A DNA stretch of 63,998 bases, counting the filler, from Neolecta irregularis DAH-3 (taxonomy: Eukaryota): NCBI GenBank assembly GCA_001929475.1. It is 8 parts of 8 records of this genome, joined end to end, with 100 filler letters (N's around TTAATTAATTAA, not from the genome) between each part and the next. Parts side by side here need not be neighbours in the genome. Positions count along the whole stretch, not along the records: positions 1 to 22,944 come from LXFE01000203.1; positions 23,045 to 27,842 come from LXFE01002602.1; 6 more parts are not named here. The stretch is one strand, 5' to 3'. A program made the translations under genes and the position numbers. Under the pieces are notes generated by a model. That model did not search any database. It was not told where the DNA came from and saw nothing but the letters and a program-made list of their open reading frames with translations. Shown piece by piece: positions 12,579 through 26,052 of this stretch (its first letter is position 1; every line of letters starts with the position of its first letter).

Positions 12579-14209
12579 ATGGAATCATCAACATCGTCGT
12601 CGGATGAAGAACCTAGGACACCGCGCAGAAGGTCACAGAAACGGGGAATAGTCAAATTGCCGTCAAAAGGAACACCATCACGAAGCGTGTCCACGCCGAG
12701 GAATAAACCGTAGCCACTATATTCCCATACGAGTACAACTGAAATCCAGTTCCGTTAGGAAACCACTTGAAATCACACCTCTTCCTCTGAGGACCCTAAC
12801 GCCTAATCTTGTATCATCTCCCCACCAAATCGCCCGAGCGAATCTCCATGTATCCGCGGTCCCGGCTTCTCTCCCCTGCCGAGACGAAGAATTCAATGCA
12901 ATTTACACGCAATTGGAAAGTGCGATAAGTGAGGGTTGTGGAGCGTGCATTTACGTCAGCGGAACACCTGGCACCGGGAAAACAGCAACTGTGAAAGAAG
13001 TTATCCGGTCTCTTCAATTAAAAGTAGAAGAAGAGGTATCAAGTTTTTATTCTAATAGTGCGTTGCAATTGACGGGTTAGAAACTCGTTGAGTTTTCGTT
13101 CGTAGAGATTAATGGGATGAGAGTAACGGATCCGAATCAAACTTATTCAATATTATATGAATATCTATTTGGTCAACGAGTTACTCCTGCCCACGCCCAA
13201 ACTCTCCTCGACAAAGAATTCTCGCGTCCCAATCCCGAGAGGATCCCATGGTATTTATCCACTTTTTGAAGCAGTTGAAGAGTGATAGTGTAGTTCTCAT
13301 GGATGAGCTCGATCAACTGGTCACCAAGAAACAAACGGTTCTGTATAACTTTTTCCACTGGCCCACACTGATCCATTCGCGGCTTATCGTAGTCGCCGTG
13401 GCTAATACAATGGATCTACCCGAACGTATGCTCTCCAACAAAATTTCCAGTCGAATGGGTTTGTTTCGCCTCTCTAACCCTTTCTTGCTTAACGGGGCAG
13501 GACTTGTGCGAATTGGATTCAGGGGGTATACCGATAAACAATTGATTGAAATTATCGCATCTAGATTGAAAGGAATCTCAGTTATGGATGAGGCGGCCGT
13601 TAGACTTGCGGCCGGCAGGGTAGCCAATGTCAGTGGAGACGCACGTCGAGCCCTGGACATTTGCCGGTATCTCGGCCTCCACGATATAATAAAGACCTAA
13701 TTTTTCCAAGACGAGCGGTAGAATTAGCCGAGCCTGTTGATCATGATGTTCAGTCTACGACGACGAACGATAAAAAGGACATCTTGCATAAAGGCACAGT
13801 CACACTTGCCGTGATTAACTATGCAATGGTCGAAATGATGAGATCCCCATTACAAGCATACCTTAAATCTCTGCCGCTCTCCCAAAAAGTTTTCCTAGCC
13901 GCTCTTCTCAGCGAGTTCAAACGCTCAGGGGTCGCTGAAAATTCTCTGGGCAATATCTCTGAACAAGCAGGCCGGATCTGTCAAGCACACTCTAAAAACA
14001 ACAGTTTTAAATCGATCTTGGCCAATTCGAATCGCTTTCCACGGTTATCAGGCGTCATGAGGATCGCGAGCGTATTGAGTGAAAGTGGAATTGTGGAGAT
14101 GGAGAATAAGGGGAGTGAACGGAGTATCAAGATACGCTTACGGATTCCTGAAGAAGACGTGAAAATGGCATATCGGGAAGATTCAATGTTGAAATCTATG
14201 TTTTTATGA
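12579..14209 (+). CDS. ORC1: origin recognition complex subunit 1 (AAA+ ATPase)
   Basis: RANLHVSAVPASLPCRDEEF, Walker A YVSGTPGTGKTAT, Walker B VLMDELDQL, ANTMDLPERMLSNKISSR, SGDARRALDICRRAVE. Confidence 0.92.
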
Positions 14210-14262
14210 CTCCCCAAGAATTAAGAACGTTATGATTCAGTCATTCGGCGTTTTCTTTTTGG

Positions 14263-17200
14263 TTATTTTGATATATTTCGTTGATACCAGATATCTATCC
14301 CATTCGGATCATTGATGAGATTTTCGCCAACGCCAATAACGCATAGTGCGCGTTCTGTTTGAGTATCGATGATTCTGAGGAGTGGAAGACGGGATGTCTC
14401 GAGTGTTATGGGTAAGAGATTGTAATGCAAGGTGTGAGAAGATAAAGGTAAAAGCCGGAATTGTAATTTCCGGGGCCCGGCATATGCAACGGCTTCGCTT
14501 GATTCGGCGTTTAATAAAAGATCGAGCGTGCGATATGTCGGGTTGTCGAAATGATATGTAATGGGGATTATATCTTGAAGACTCGGGGACTCCTGACCGA
14601 GTTCTAAATGTCAAACGTGAAGAGACGACAAATTTATACCAGCTAGGACTGTAGGAGATAAATTGGGGATATTCAATTGCGGGAAAGAAAGGATCGTGGA
14701 AACCCATTCGTGAGATTCGTCCAACGGTTCCATTCTTCTCCATCGCATCTCTAATGATCCACCAATCACGAGATCAGCAACTTGGATTTCCCTCTCAACA
14801 GTCATCTCGAAAGAAGCATTATGAACAGACATTTGCCTAATGACTATTCCGTTAATCGTCAATAATTTCCAACAAGGCACCGATTTGACCGTCTTCCGTA
14901 CTTTTACACCCAGAAAACGGAGAAATATCAATACGCACCACAGGATTTTGATCAACTTTCATCATCATCTTGTCAATTTTCAGTTCAAACGGCCCTATTC
15001 CCATGATCCCAATTACAAAATACAAGGACTGCGTGATGTATTTTCCGATAGGAATGTCCAGATCAAACACGGCTGCTGACTCGCGCTGGGTAGCACGAGG
15101 TAAAAGTTTATGGGTTGCGCGGAACGGAGAGATTACTTGGATTTTTAGTTGTGCGGATTTTGTGATCCAAGTTGCGGGATCGGAGGGCAGGGTATATTTG
15201 GAAATAAGTTCGAGGGTTGTTTGTTTTTGGTAGAGTAGGTGGATATAGAGTAGTGTAGATGCCGAGGTACTGATTATTCCCAATGATTTGGAAATTTCAG
15301 TGGTGGGAGAGCCATCTCTAGTCCAAGAGACCTGGTTTTCTGAGATTATCAGTCAGATCAAAAACGGACGAATCTCACTTTCATCCATTTCCTCTTTAAC
15401 TCGCACGATCACCTCCGCGACTACATCCTCATCTTCCTCGTTCACGATTTCGACATTAAGAGGAACAACCTCTCCCACAAAAGCTGGCCCTTCAAACGAA
15501 GACTCGATTTTTATTTTGGGCGGCTTAGGCAGGATCCTTAGTTCAGCTGCATCAACCAAATAAATTCACTTCAACACATTCGATCTGATTGCCGCCAGAG
15601 GCTGCTGAATACACTTTACACCCCCGTTTTCAAGGCTCTCATACCAGGTATGAGGGTGTGAAGTATCTAAATCTGGAGACGGGAGAACCAGTCTGACTGT
15701 ACGATTTGGAGAAGACGCAGCAAATACAATGGAAGAAATCTATTGCATCAACTAGTGATGGATCAAAAGATACCTTTGCATCACCAACTTCACGGGGGAT
15801 TTGAACGAATTGGAAAATGAGGGTTGAGTTGGGCAAGACGTTAATGTCTGCTTCCACGACAAAATATGAATTTTCGCCGGTTCCTTCAAGTGACATGTCT
15901 GAAGTGAGGTCATGATATTTGAATAACGTTGAAGGATCTTGGGATGCCACGCTACGAAATTCAACGGGTTTCAAGGCACCGTAAAATTCAATACGGATTG
16001 TTGATAGAGCGAGAGGGCCATGGATGTTTGATGTGAGGAGGAACTGAATCGGGATTGATGAGCCGACAAAAGCTTTTGATTCGCGGTAGGTGACGCGCGC
16101 GGAGACTGCAGGTTAGAAATATAATGATGGGTGAGAACAAAGAGTGGGTGATTCTTGTAGGTCAATTTCAACGTCCTCTGATCCGGATGTATCTGCGTGC
16201 AATAATGACTGGAAAAGATCACGATGCTCTGACGTAGAAATGTCTTTACATCAGTATCTACACGAGGAGGTACGGCAACCTTTTGAGAGAAATGAAACAG
16301 ACAGTCTGAGTTGTCTTTCGAAATCTGCAAGCGTCTGAGCGCATTTCAGAGCGATTTGTTGCAGTTCTTCAAAAAGCATTAACCAGCGCGATTCCATCAA
16401 TCGTGGAACAATGGTGTCTGTGATTCTGTAGATCAGTTTGGTAATGATCAAGTGTACTTGAGAAATTCCGAAAAATTATCGCGATCATATTCCATCTTTG
16501 CAGTATGGTAATCACAAGTCAAGACCATTCGGAGATTGTTGCCTCTAGTAAAGACGTCTCTCGCCTTTGAAAGCAAGGGAAGTAAGTGATTTCTATCGGC
16601 GCCCTGAAAGAGCGATTAGCGGCGGTTGCGGGGGAACATACATGGCCTTCTCGAAGTCGTAGGAAAGCACGGAAATAAGCCATTCCGGCATTGCCAAAGT
16701 GAGATTCTGGCGGAGCATTCTCAGAGGCAAAAGTCAAGGGAAATTCTGCAGGGGCCAGGGCGAAGAGATCGCCAAAGATCTCGTAGCGCTGTGCAATCCA
16801 CAGATCGGCAGTGTCGGCTTTCATGGTTTCGAGATAGTGGTAGAATTCGGATCCACAAGACGACAGGTGGCCGAGATGGGCATGCAATTTGCAGATCTGC
16901 AATGAGCACGCGTCGGAGGAGAGCGTACCTTGAGAGTCAAAAGATCACCGAGCTCGTCGGCGTCGAGTCGATCAGTTGCGGGAAGAGCAGCGTAAAGCTG
17001 GAAAGCCGCGGAATAGTGTGAGAGGGCAATGGCCCATTCGCCCTTGAGCTCTGACCAGTGGGCGAGCCTGTATTCGATGGAGAGGGACCTTGAAGGGTCC
17101 TGCGTGCCGGACGGGGCTTTTCTGTAGCGGTCCTTGCGAAGGCGTTTGAAGCTTGCACTACAGTGCTCTGTGGCAGCGGAGAAGGCGAAGAGGACCAGGT

Positions 17201-17750
17201 CGCGGACAAAGGCAGCGAGCTGGTGCTTGGGAGCGGCGGTGGAGAGGAAGAGGAGGGAGCGGGGATCAAGAGAGGCGGACTTGCGGATGGAGGCGATGCG
17301 GGCGTCTACAGAAGCGGCCGGGGCAGAGTAGAGGACGACGAGGAAGGGCAGGGTCGGCGAGGAGCGCAGGACCGTGAGATGGGGCAGGAGCAGGGGCTCG
17401 TGGAGGGGGCGGAAGAGGAGCAGGGCGCAGGGATGGTTGGCGATCGAGGCCAGCCAGCGGGGCAGCAGCTGGAGAGCGGGCGGGGGAGAGGAGCTGGGCG
17501 TGAGAGCAGAGGCCGAGACGGAGGCGACTGGGTAGAGCAGAGGCAGCGCAGCGTGAGAGGAGGCGGAGGACAGGGAAGAGGCAGAGGTAGAAGAAGAGGA
17601 AGAGTGCAGGGGAGGCCACAGCAGGCGCGAATGCTTGCCCAGGGCAGCCTCCAGCAACGACCAGAGCCCGCGGACAAAGGGGTCGTCCGCATCCAGCCCG
17701 TCGATGGCTATAGCCGCCTGCGGGTGCTGAAATTGGTCCAGTTTGTCCAT
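14263..17750 (-). CDS. TRAPP complex subunit 11 (Foie-gras/Gryzun family), multi-exon
   Basis: N-terminal ...DARIASIRKSASLDPRSLLFL, helical TPR-like region (IEYRLAHWSE...ALSHY), Gryzun-like segments (GPAFVGEVVPLNVEIVNEEDE, SPFRA, AYAGPRKLQFRLLP). Confidence 0.8.
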
Positions 17751-18128
17751 GACTAGGGCAAATGCTGTTCTCGTGTCTGTATGGCGTCTGTCGTCTCAAT
17801 TAGGGTATGGTGTTGCTGGCTGCGTTGTATAGTATATGCTGCTGCAATATATGGTATATGTAACTGTAATGCGGTTGTATGCGTGTATTTGTGGAGTGTA
17901 TGTCGACTGGGATAGAGTGTCTGTCGCGTGTCTTTTCTAGAGCATGCGTCTGTAGTGTTGCCGTCCTGTATGTTGTCTGTAGTATACGAGTATCTGTAGT
18001 ATACGAAAATCCAAGGGCCTGGAAGGTGACGGTGATGGTGTTGCTCTATAGCAGACTCTGCCCCAGGAAGAGGCCCGCAGCAATCTGCTGCCTGCCATCC
18101 TCACCTCTGCCTTCCTGCCACACCACTG

Positions 18129-18985
18129 ATGGCCAACCCGCTCCTCGACCACCGCTCGATCGCCCACATTGCGTCCGCCCTTTGCTTCGTTGCTCTTGCC
18201 GCTAACCTCCAAGTTCGCTCAAGGCCGCCCTTGCCCGTGATAACCAGGCCAGCGACTCCGACGACGATATCCACGGCTACTTGCTCAACCGCGGCAACAA
18301 GCTCAAAAAGCACGCCTCTCTGGTGCACGGTGCAAAGCTGAGGGCTGCTCGCGGTCTCGCCCTCGATCGAGAGGTAGGTCTGCGGTTTTTCTGCCTGCGC
18401 GCCCTCTGACGCCTCGAGGTGGTCCAGTACCAGGGGCACAGCCGCTCCATCATCGCTAGGAATACAGACGACTGTCAAGACCCTTCAGACTGGCCAGACG
18501 ACGATCCCTATACCGATATTCACATCAAAGGTTCACCACTTTGCCATTCCCCTTTCTGATCCTCAGATCTCTTCAAGCAAGTCTCAACTCCCTCCGAAAT
18601 CCATTCCCACCCCACCATCTCAAAGACCTTTGCCCAGAACAAGATTTCCCTCCTCGCTGATCAGACTCACGAAATGATCACCTCAGCTCATGCAGACTCT
18701 ATTCGTCTGACAAATCTCTATTCAACCTTTTTGAACGATGATCCCGGCACAATAATGTCCTCCTTTGACAGCGATCAAGAGAACATTTCCGAGCGCGTAA
18801 TGAGGTTGTATTATGTCAAGCCCCGCGAGAACACTCAAGAAGAGGAAGAGTTGAAGAGTCTCGCTAGAGCAGGACTTGAACGCTGTGACGAGTTTGTCAG
18901 GATTATGGAACGTGTCAGAATGAATCTGTTAAAAGCAGAGCGACTGAAGAACCAGATCTGGAACAGTTCTGAAGAAGAGCCTTGA
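18129..18985 (+). CDS. RXT2: Rpd3L histone deacetylase complex subunit Rxt2
   Basis: NRGNKLKK motif (18287-18310) and DDDPYTDIHIKDL...HSHPTISKTF, typical of the RXT2 N-terminal domain; C-terminal coiled coil. Confidence 0.75.
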
Positions 18986-19071
18986 TATTTATGATGATTG
19001 ACGATCATCCCCTTTATAATACTATAATATGCCGAAATATGTACAAGAATGCCAGATTTTCTGGAACCATT

Positions 19072-19536
19072 TTACTCTTCCCCCATGCTGCGAATCTCAA
19101 ACTCTTTCCCAGCAACTACTTCAACAATTCGAAATTCATGGATCTGGGTCAAAGTTGATGAACTCTTTGCCAAGCACGCAGTTTTTTCCTTCCAAAATTG
19201 GTTATACACAGCGACGGCATCCACTTCTCGTTCTTCCTTGGCCTGTTTTCGGCGGCGGAAGAAGAGAAAGCTCGCCCCGGCGACAAGTAGCGCTCCCGCG
19301 ACGCTGATGGCAATGATCGCTGGAGGCTGGACACGGCCAGCTGCTTTCCCTGTCGCCTCAAGTATCCTGTTATCAGGGATTCCGGCGGTTACAAATGATG
19401 TGGCATTTGCAGGAAACGCATACGCGGTGAGACTGGCGTACTGCATATCAATAACCAAAGATTCCGTGGGAATAGGATCAGGTATCTGAACAAGGCTGCC
19501 ACGGGCAAGCGGTGCCAAGAGAAAGAAACAACGCAT
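19072..19536 (-). CDS. small single-pass membrane protein
   Basis: Hydrophobic N-terminus MRCFFLLAPLARG; transmembrane AIIAISVAGALLVAGASFLFF followed by RRRKQAK. Confidence 0.6.
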   Translation of the reverse strand: MRCFFLLAPLARGSLVQIPDPIPTESLVIDMQYASLTAYAFPANATSFVTAGIPDNRILEATGKAAGRVQPPAIIAISVAGALLVAGASFLFFRRRKQAKEEREVDAVAVYNQFWKEKTACLAKSSSTLTQIHEFRIVEVVAGKEFEIRSMGEE

Positions 19537-20238
19537 TGAGTAAAAGAGCGACAAGACCGGAGCTGGAGGACCACTGGCGGACGCAGGAGTAATTATATGG
19601 CAGCATCCACACGGAATCAAGGCAGGTGTCGGATAGCATCATCTGAAATGAGGGAGATGCAACTCGGGTTGCGATTATAGATTGCGACCGAATGTGGATG
19701 CTGCAAAGAGGATGGAACCGCGGCAAATCGGGGTGAAATTGCCTCAGAGGGAAGGAGATAGAAAAGAGGGAAGGGAAGAGAAAAGAGGCAAGGAAGAGAC
19801 GCCAAGAGGACCTGTTTTTGCACAATTCCTGGTCGGCCACAAGTTATGTTCAAGGTGCTTCCCTTGTATGTTTAAACGCTACATAGATATTTGAACAGAA
19901 GCAAACTGCAACACATCGGCTGTATCTCTGCCGCGCAAGCAATCCAGTCTCCGAAAAGTGTTGCGGGAGCCAGGAAATCTCAATCTCAGCCCGGCTACCA
20001 TCCGGCAATCTTACACTTGTATCAAGCACCAAAACACAGTACAAATATACAACATAATCACCTCTGAATGCCTTTCCATGTATTTGCACCTGCAGTAGAA
20101 TAAGGACATAATTGAGGGCCTTTCTCTGGTAGGCTGCAGCCTGGTTCGCCACCAAAAAAGGCCGCGCTGTACTTTACCCCTTCCCCTGTTTCCAGCCCAC
20201 AATAATTTCCAAAACTTCCTCTTATACTTACTACAGCA

Positions 20239-21977
<1,739 letters not shown>

Positions 21978-22219
21978 AGTGTGCTTTCGTGTGGTTGTTA
22001 TTTGTTCTTAACCTCTTGGGTTTCTGCGATGACCTTTTAATTGCACTTATTGCGCTACGCGCTTTTCCCATGATTATACGTGGTTTTAGTTTTGACTTGA
22101 CGATAACCATGATGCTCATGTCTGAATCGTGATTTTGCGCGATTCGCCTGACGTCAGTTCAATTGTCGTCCAACACCACCAAATGTCCTCCAATCCGTAA
22201 TCTCTTCTAGAGAAATTCC

Positions 22220-22926
22220 ATGAATATACCCCTTCCCTCAACCAAAAAACGCAAACGTCCAAATGGAAAAGAATCACTTGTTCCATCTTCCTTCTTCAAC
22301 CTGGTACGTTCCATCCTCCAACAATTTGACAAATCCATATAGCCGCCCGACCCAAATTCCTTCGATACTCCCCTATCGATAACACCATTCGGGACTGCAT
22401 CCCGTATTTTCATTCCAGTTTATTGGGTTTCCGGGTCTCTGCAACTATTCCATGCGCCGTTGGCAATTCGTCCTGGAACCGTGATTCTCGCGAAGCTCGA
22501 CGGGGAAAAAACACTCGTTTGCATTGAATGGATAGGGGACCAGATATTTGCGCTTTGTAAATTGAGCGAGCACGTCCGTGTCAAAGAACTGAGGAATGTA
22601 ATTAAAGTTTCGAGTAAACATCCTGTTCCAGTTGACGACGGTGCTATTATTTCCGCCATCCGGGACGACCATGGAGAGGAATTGTGGAAACAAATTAAAG
22701 CTCCTTTTACGAAACGACCTATAGTCGGATTGGAAAAGTTTATGGTTGAAAAGGATTTACATGAACGGTATATGCGCTTCTGTTCCTGCAAAGGGCGTTA
22801 ATTGATTTAGGGAGAATGTTACTACAGAGGGAGGGCAGATTTCGTTCCCTTTCTCTCTCGATGATCCCGAAAGAATCTCAGAGTATCTCTTACTTCAATA
22901 TTTTGAGATGTTATATATTAACAAAG
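22220..22926 (+). CDS. SLD3: DNA replication regulator Sld3, 5' part truncated by contig end
   Basis: VILAKLDGEKTLVCIEWIGDQIFALCKL and SEYLLLQYFEMLYINK resemble the N-terminal region of fungal Sld3. Confidence 0.6.
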
Positions 22927-22944
22927 TACGCTCCTCCTTCCCTT

Positions 22945-23044
22945 NNNNNNNNNNNNNNNNNNNNNNNNNNNNNNNNNNNNNNNNNNNNTTAATTAATTAA
23001 NNNNNNNNNNNNNNNNNNNNNNNNNNNNNNNNNNNNNNNNNNNN
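22945..23044. other. artificial contig linker (also 27843-27942, 31208-31307, 44902-45001, 47195-47294, 49328-49427, 61823-61922)
   Basis: Identical 100-nt N-run/TTAATTAATTAA/N-run blocks; the 12-mer places stop codons in all six frames. Confidence 0.98.
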
Positions 23045-23178
23045 AGTCCAGACAAGCAAGTCCAGAATTGCAAGTAAAATAGCAAGTAAGTCCAAGCAAG
23101 CAAGTCCAAATGCCTGAAATATGCAAGCAAGCAAGTCCAAAGTCCAGAATTGGACTTGCTTATTTGTTAGCAAGTCTG
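23045..23178 (-). mobile_element. terminus of a hAT-like DNA transposon
   Basis: Clustered GCAAGTCC subterminal repeats in both orientations, ending in a CAG-starting terminus (revcomp CAGACTTGCTAAC) at a contig edge. Confidence 0.55.
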
Positions 23179-26052
23179 CTAACGCAAAAAGATCTGCACC
23201 TATGGCGCATATCCACAACATGCAAACTTGTTTCCATTATATAGAGCACGAATCTTCAAGTCTGTGCCCATTTCTAGCTTTGTCTTGTTAATAATAAGCT
23301 TCGCCGTGGAATGCTTCTTATTCCACGCTGGCCCTTGGCGCAACATGGCTGCAAAACTTGATACTTGAGAAGAAATCATGNNNNNNNNNNTATTTCTAGC
23401 TTTGTCTTGTTAATAATAAGCTTCGCCGTGGAATATTCTTATTCCACGCTGGCCCTTGGCGCAACATGGCTGCAAAACTTGATACTTGAGAAGAAATCAT
23501 GTGCCAGCCATCTATACCCATCTTACCTCGAATGCCTTCTTCTCGAGTGATCCTAACCCTCCTGTTGATTAAGGTCTTTATTGCAATCATCGATGATCTG
23601 TTGTCTGGGTGAGTTTGATAAGCTCGGTGGTTAAACCTATTGCCCATCACCCACCATGGCTTCTCATGAGCCACGCCGAACCACAAATGCATCCCTGTCG
23701 CTGAAGAGCGCCTGTTTTAGACAGCTGGCGCCGCCGATTTCTCACCATGAACATGATCTACCTCCACATAGACACGCATTCGCAGTTGCCTGTGCTCTTC
23801 TCGCGCCTCGCCCGGTGTCATCTTGCTGCCCGTGGAGCTGATAACCGCTGTATACTCTGCACAGCCTTGACGCCAGTCCACTGATTCCACCATTGGCCTC
23901 GCCCATATTCTCGCTGCTGGTCCGCGTTCTCCTTTTTAAATCTGCTTACTGATTCCGGAATCTCGAACTACGCAGCCTGCTGGACCCCAATGACTTCTTC
24001 CTGCTTGTCAATGAGCATTCCTACGACACACGACACTGACAACGACAGCCCGGTCTACGAGCGCTTAGAGAGGGCGTTCTCAAGAAATGTCTCTGCGGGA
24101 TTTACTGGAAATCTCTCCCACTGGTCGATATCAGCACTCTGACCATCGTATTCGGCAACTGCCACAGTTCTCGTTGTGCCGCCGCTCACTNNNNNNNNNN
24201 CTGTCTCTGCGGGATTTACTGGAAATCTCTCCCACTGATCGATATCAGCACTCTGACCATCGTATTCGGCAACTGCCACAGTTCTCGTTGTGCCGCCGCT
24301 CACTNNNNNNNNNNTGCTCTATCTACCTGAGTACTATGCCCTCTATTCACACCCCAGACCAATGCACGACAATNNNNNNNNNNATCCGCGCTGTCCTGCC
24401 AGCTTTTACCTAACCTACTATGCCTACGGGGGGGGTGCTCTATCTACCTGAGTACTATGCCCTCTATTCACACCCCAGACCAATGCACGACAATGCCCAC
24501 GGCCAGCATTCTTGCATTATACCCGAACCCTGCTCGTCCAGTAGCCCGTTTTGCTGCAGATCAGTTTGCTTACAGTATATGCCCATACTACCGACGAGAT
24601 CCATTCCCTAAAAACGATCGCATTCCTGTCCACCTGTATATGCCCATCAGCGCCCGCATTGTGCACTTGTCTCGCCTCGATTGCAGCTGCTGGTCTCTCA
24701 CCCTCTTTTGCCCCATTTCACCTTGCTATTCTTGTTCCCACCCCATATTTCCGGACAAGTCCAACTCAAAAGTCTTCTTTATAACATTCACAATCCGTTC
24801 TAAGCGCTTCAAATAGGAAAAGGTGACTGTCAATAACATGCTCGAGGCATTCCCACCATTGGATCGCAGAATATACTTCACACTTGCTGCCCCTGTCATC
24901 ATCAACCCTACAAAGTTCTGGCGCTTTTCCCTCGCATACCCTGGCAGAAAAGAAGCCTCCTGTCGCCTACAACCTCATATTATTCAAAGAATTCATGACA
25001 TTACAAGCGAAAATACTTGTTTCGAGAAGCCATTGCTCAGAAGAAATACACATCTGAGATTTCTATTCTATGCGATTCCTAAGGCATCCAACCATCGTGT
25101 TCATTGCTCAGGATAATGGTAGTGAAAAAGTACACCCACTTCCCCTCTGGCTGACACCCGGATATTATTCATATAATAATAGATATTTAATTATATGGCT
25201 CACAATTCCCTGGTATCTTGACCCACCCCAAATTCAAATTCACCGCCCCAATCTCCAGTTAGATAAATGGCCTTTTTAAGGATTCATGCCAATGAACCAG
25301 ATCAAAATCCACAGAACAGGATCGATCTATTCTCGAAAACACCGCCATTTGTTGATTACAATTAAGACGATCGTAACAAAAATGGATCAAGAATTCGATA
25401 ATGAGATCTATAAAGATTGCGGCTTTTGATAGCCCGAATAATCGTAAAAAGGTATCTTACTGTATATATATGCTTCTATATTATTGTATAGGTATACTTG
25501 TATAGCAGGTTTATAAATAATATGCTTACATATATGCTTAGGGTAGATGATGACTCTCCAAAATGCCTTGTACAATGTAATTGCAAAGACTTTGTCCTTC
25601 CCATACACTATCCAGGGACTCGATCTGCTAGGGCCTGTCAGACACTTCTGGAGTAAGATATATCTACGTCTATGACGGCACATTTATTTCGAATTTTCTA
25701 CTATACAACGATGCAGAGAATTGTAGATTATTGCTTGAAACCCGTCTCAATATCGGGATGATCATGGAAATAGGCCGACCACTATTTAAGCTCTCGAACG
25801 AGACAACCACCAATGTAAATACAGACAATCATTGAATGATACGTGTAATAAAGGCAATTTATATATCACGCCAATCAACACGAAGTGTTTCGGCCACTCC
25901 GCATGCCAAATAAGGACTGGTTTGGAACAATGCAAAACGAACCACCAAGGGTCTTTCCAACCACCACTCTACCCTCCCTGCCTTATCGCCCTTCCTTTCT
26001 CTTGCCCCCTGCACCAATTACTACTGCTGTCGGTCGTTTTAGAATTTAGAGG

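Noticed and set aside
17134-17799. Multiple long overlapping ORFs here and at 27158-27795 and 56308-57171
   Set aside because: Shadow ORFs caused by high GC content and scarcity of stop codons.
22945-23044. Recurrent TTAATTAATTAA palindrome within N-runs
   Set aside because: Artificial six-frame-stop linker between contigs; not biological.
23270-24495. Near-exact direct duplications (23270-23380/23391-23500; 24089-24190/24202-24304; 24315-24373/24436-24494)
   Set aside because: Each abuts a 10-N gap, typical of unmerged contig overlaps.
23640-25400. Fragmentary ORFs
   Set aside because: Broken by gaps and stops, with no recognisable motif; cannot support a call.
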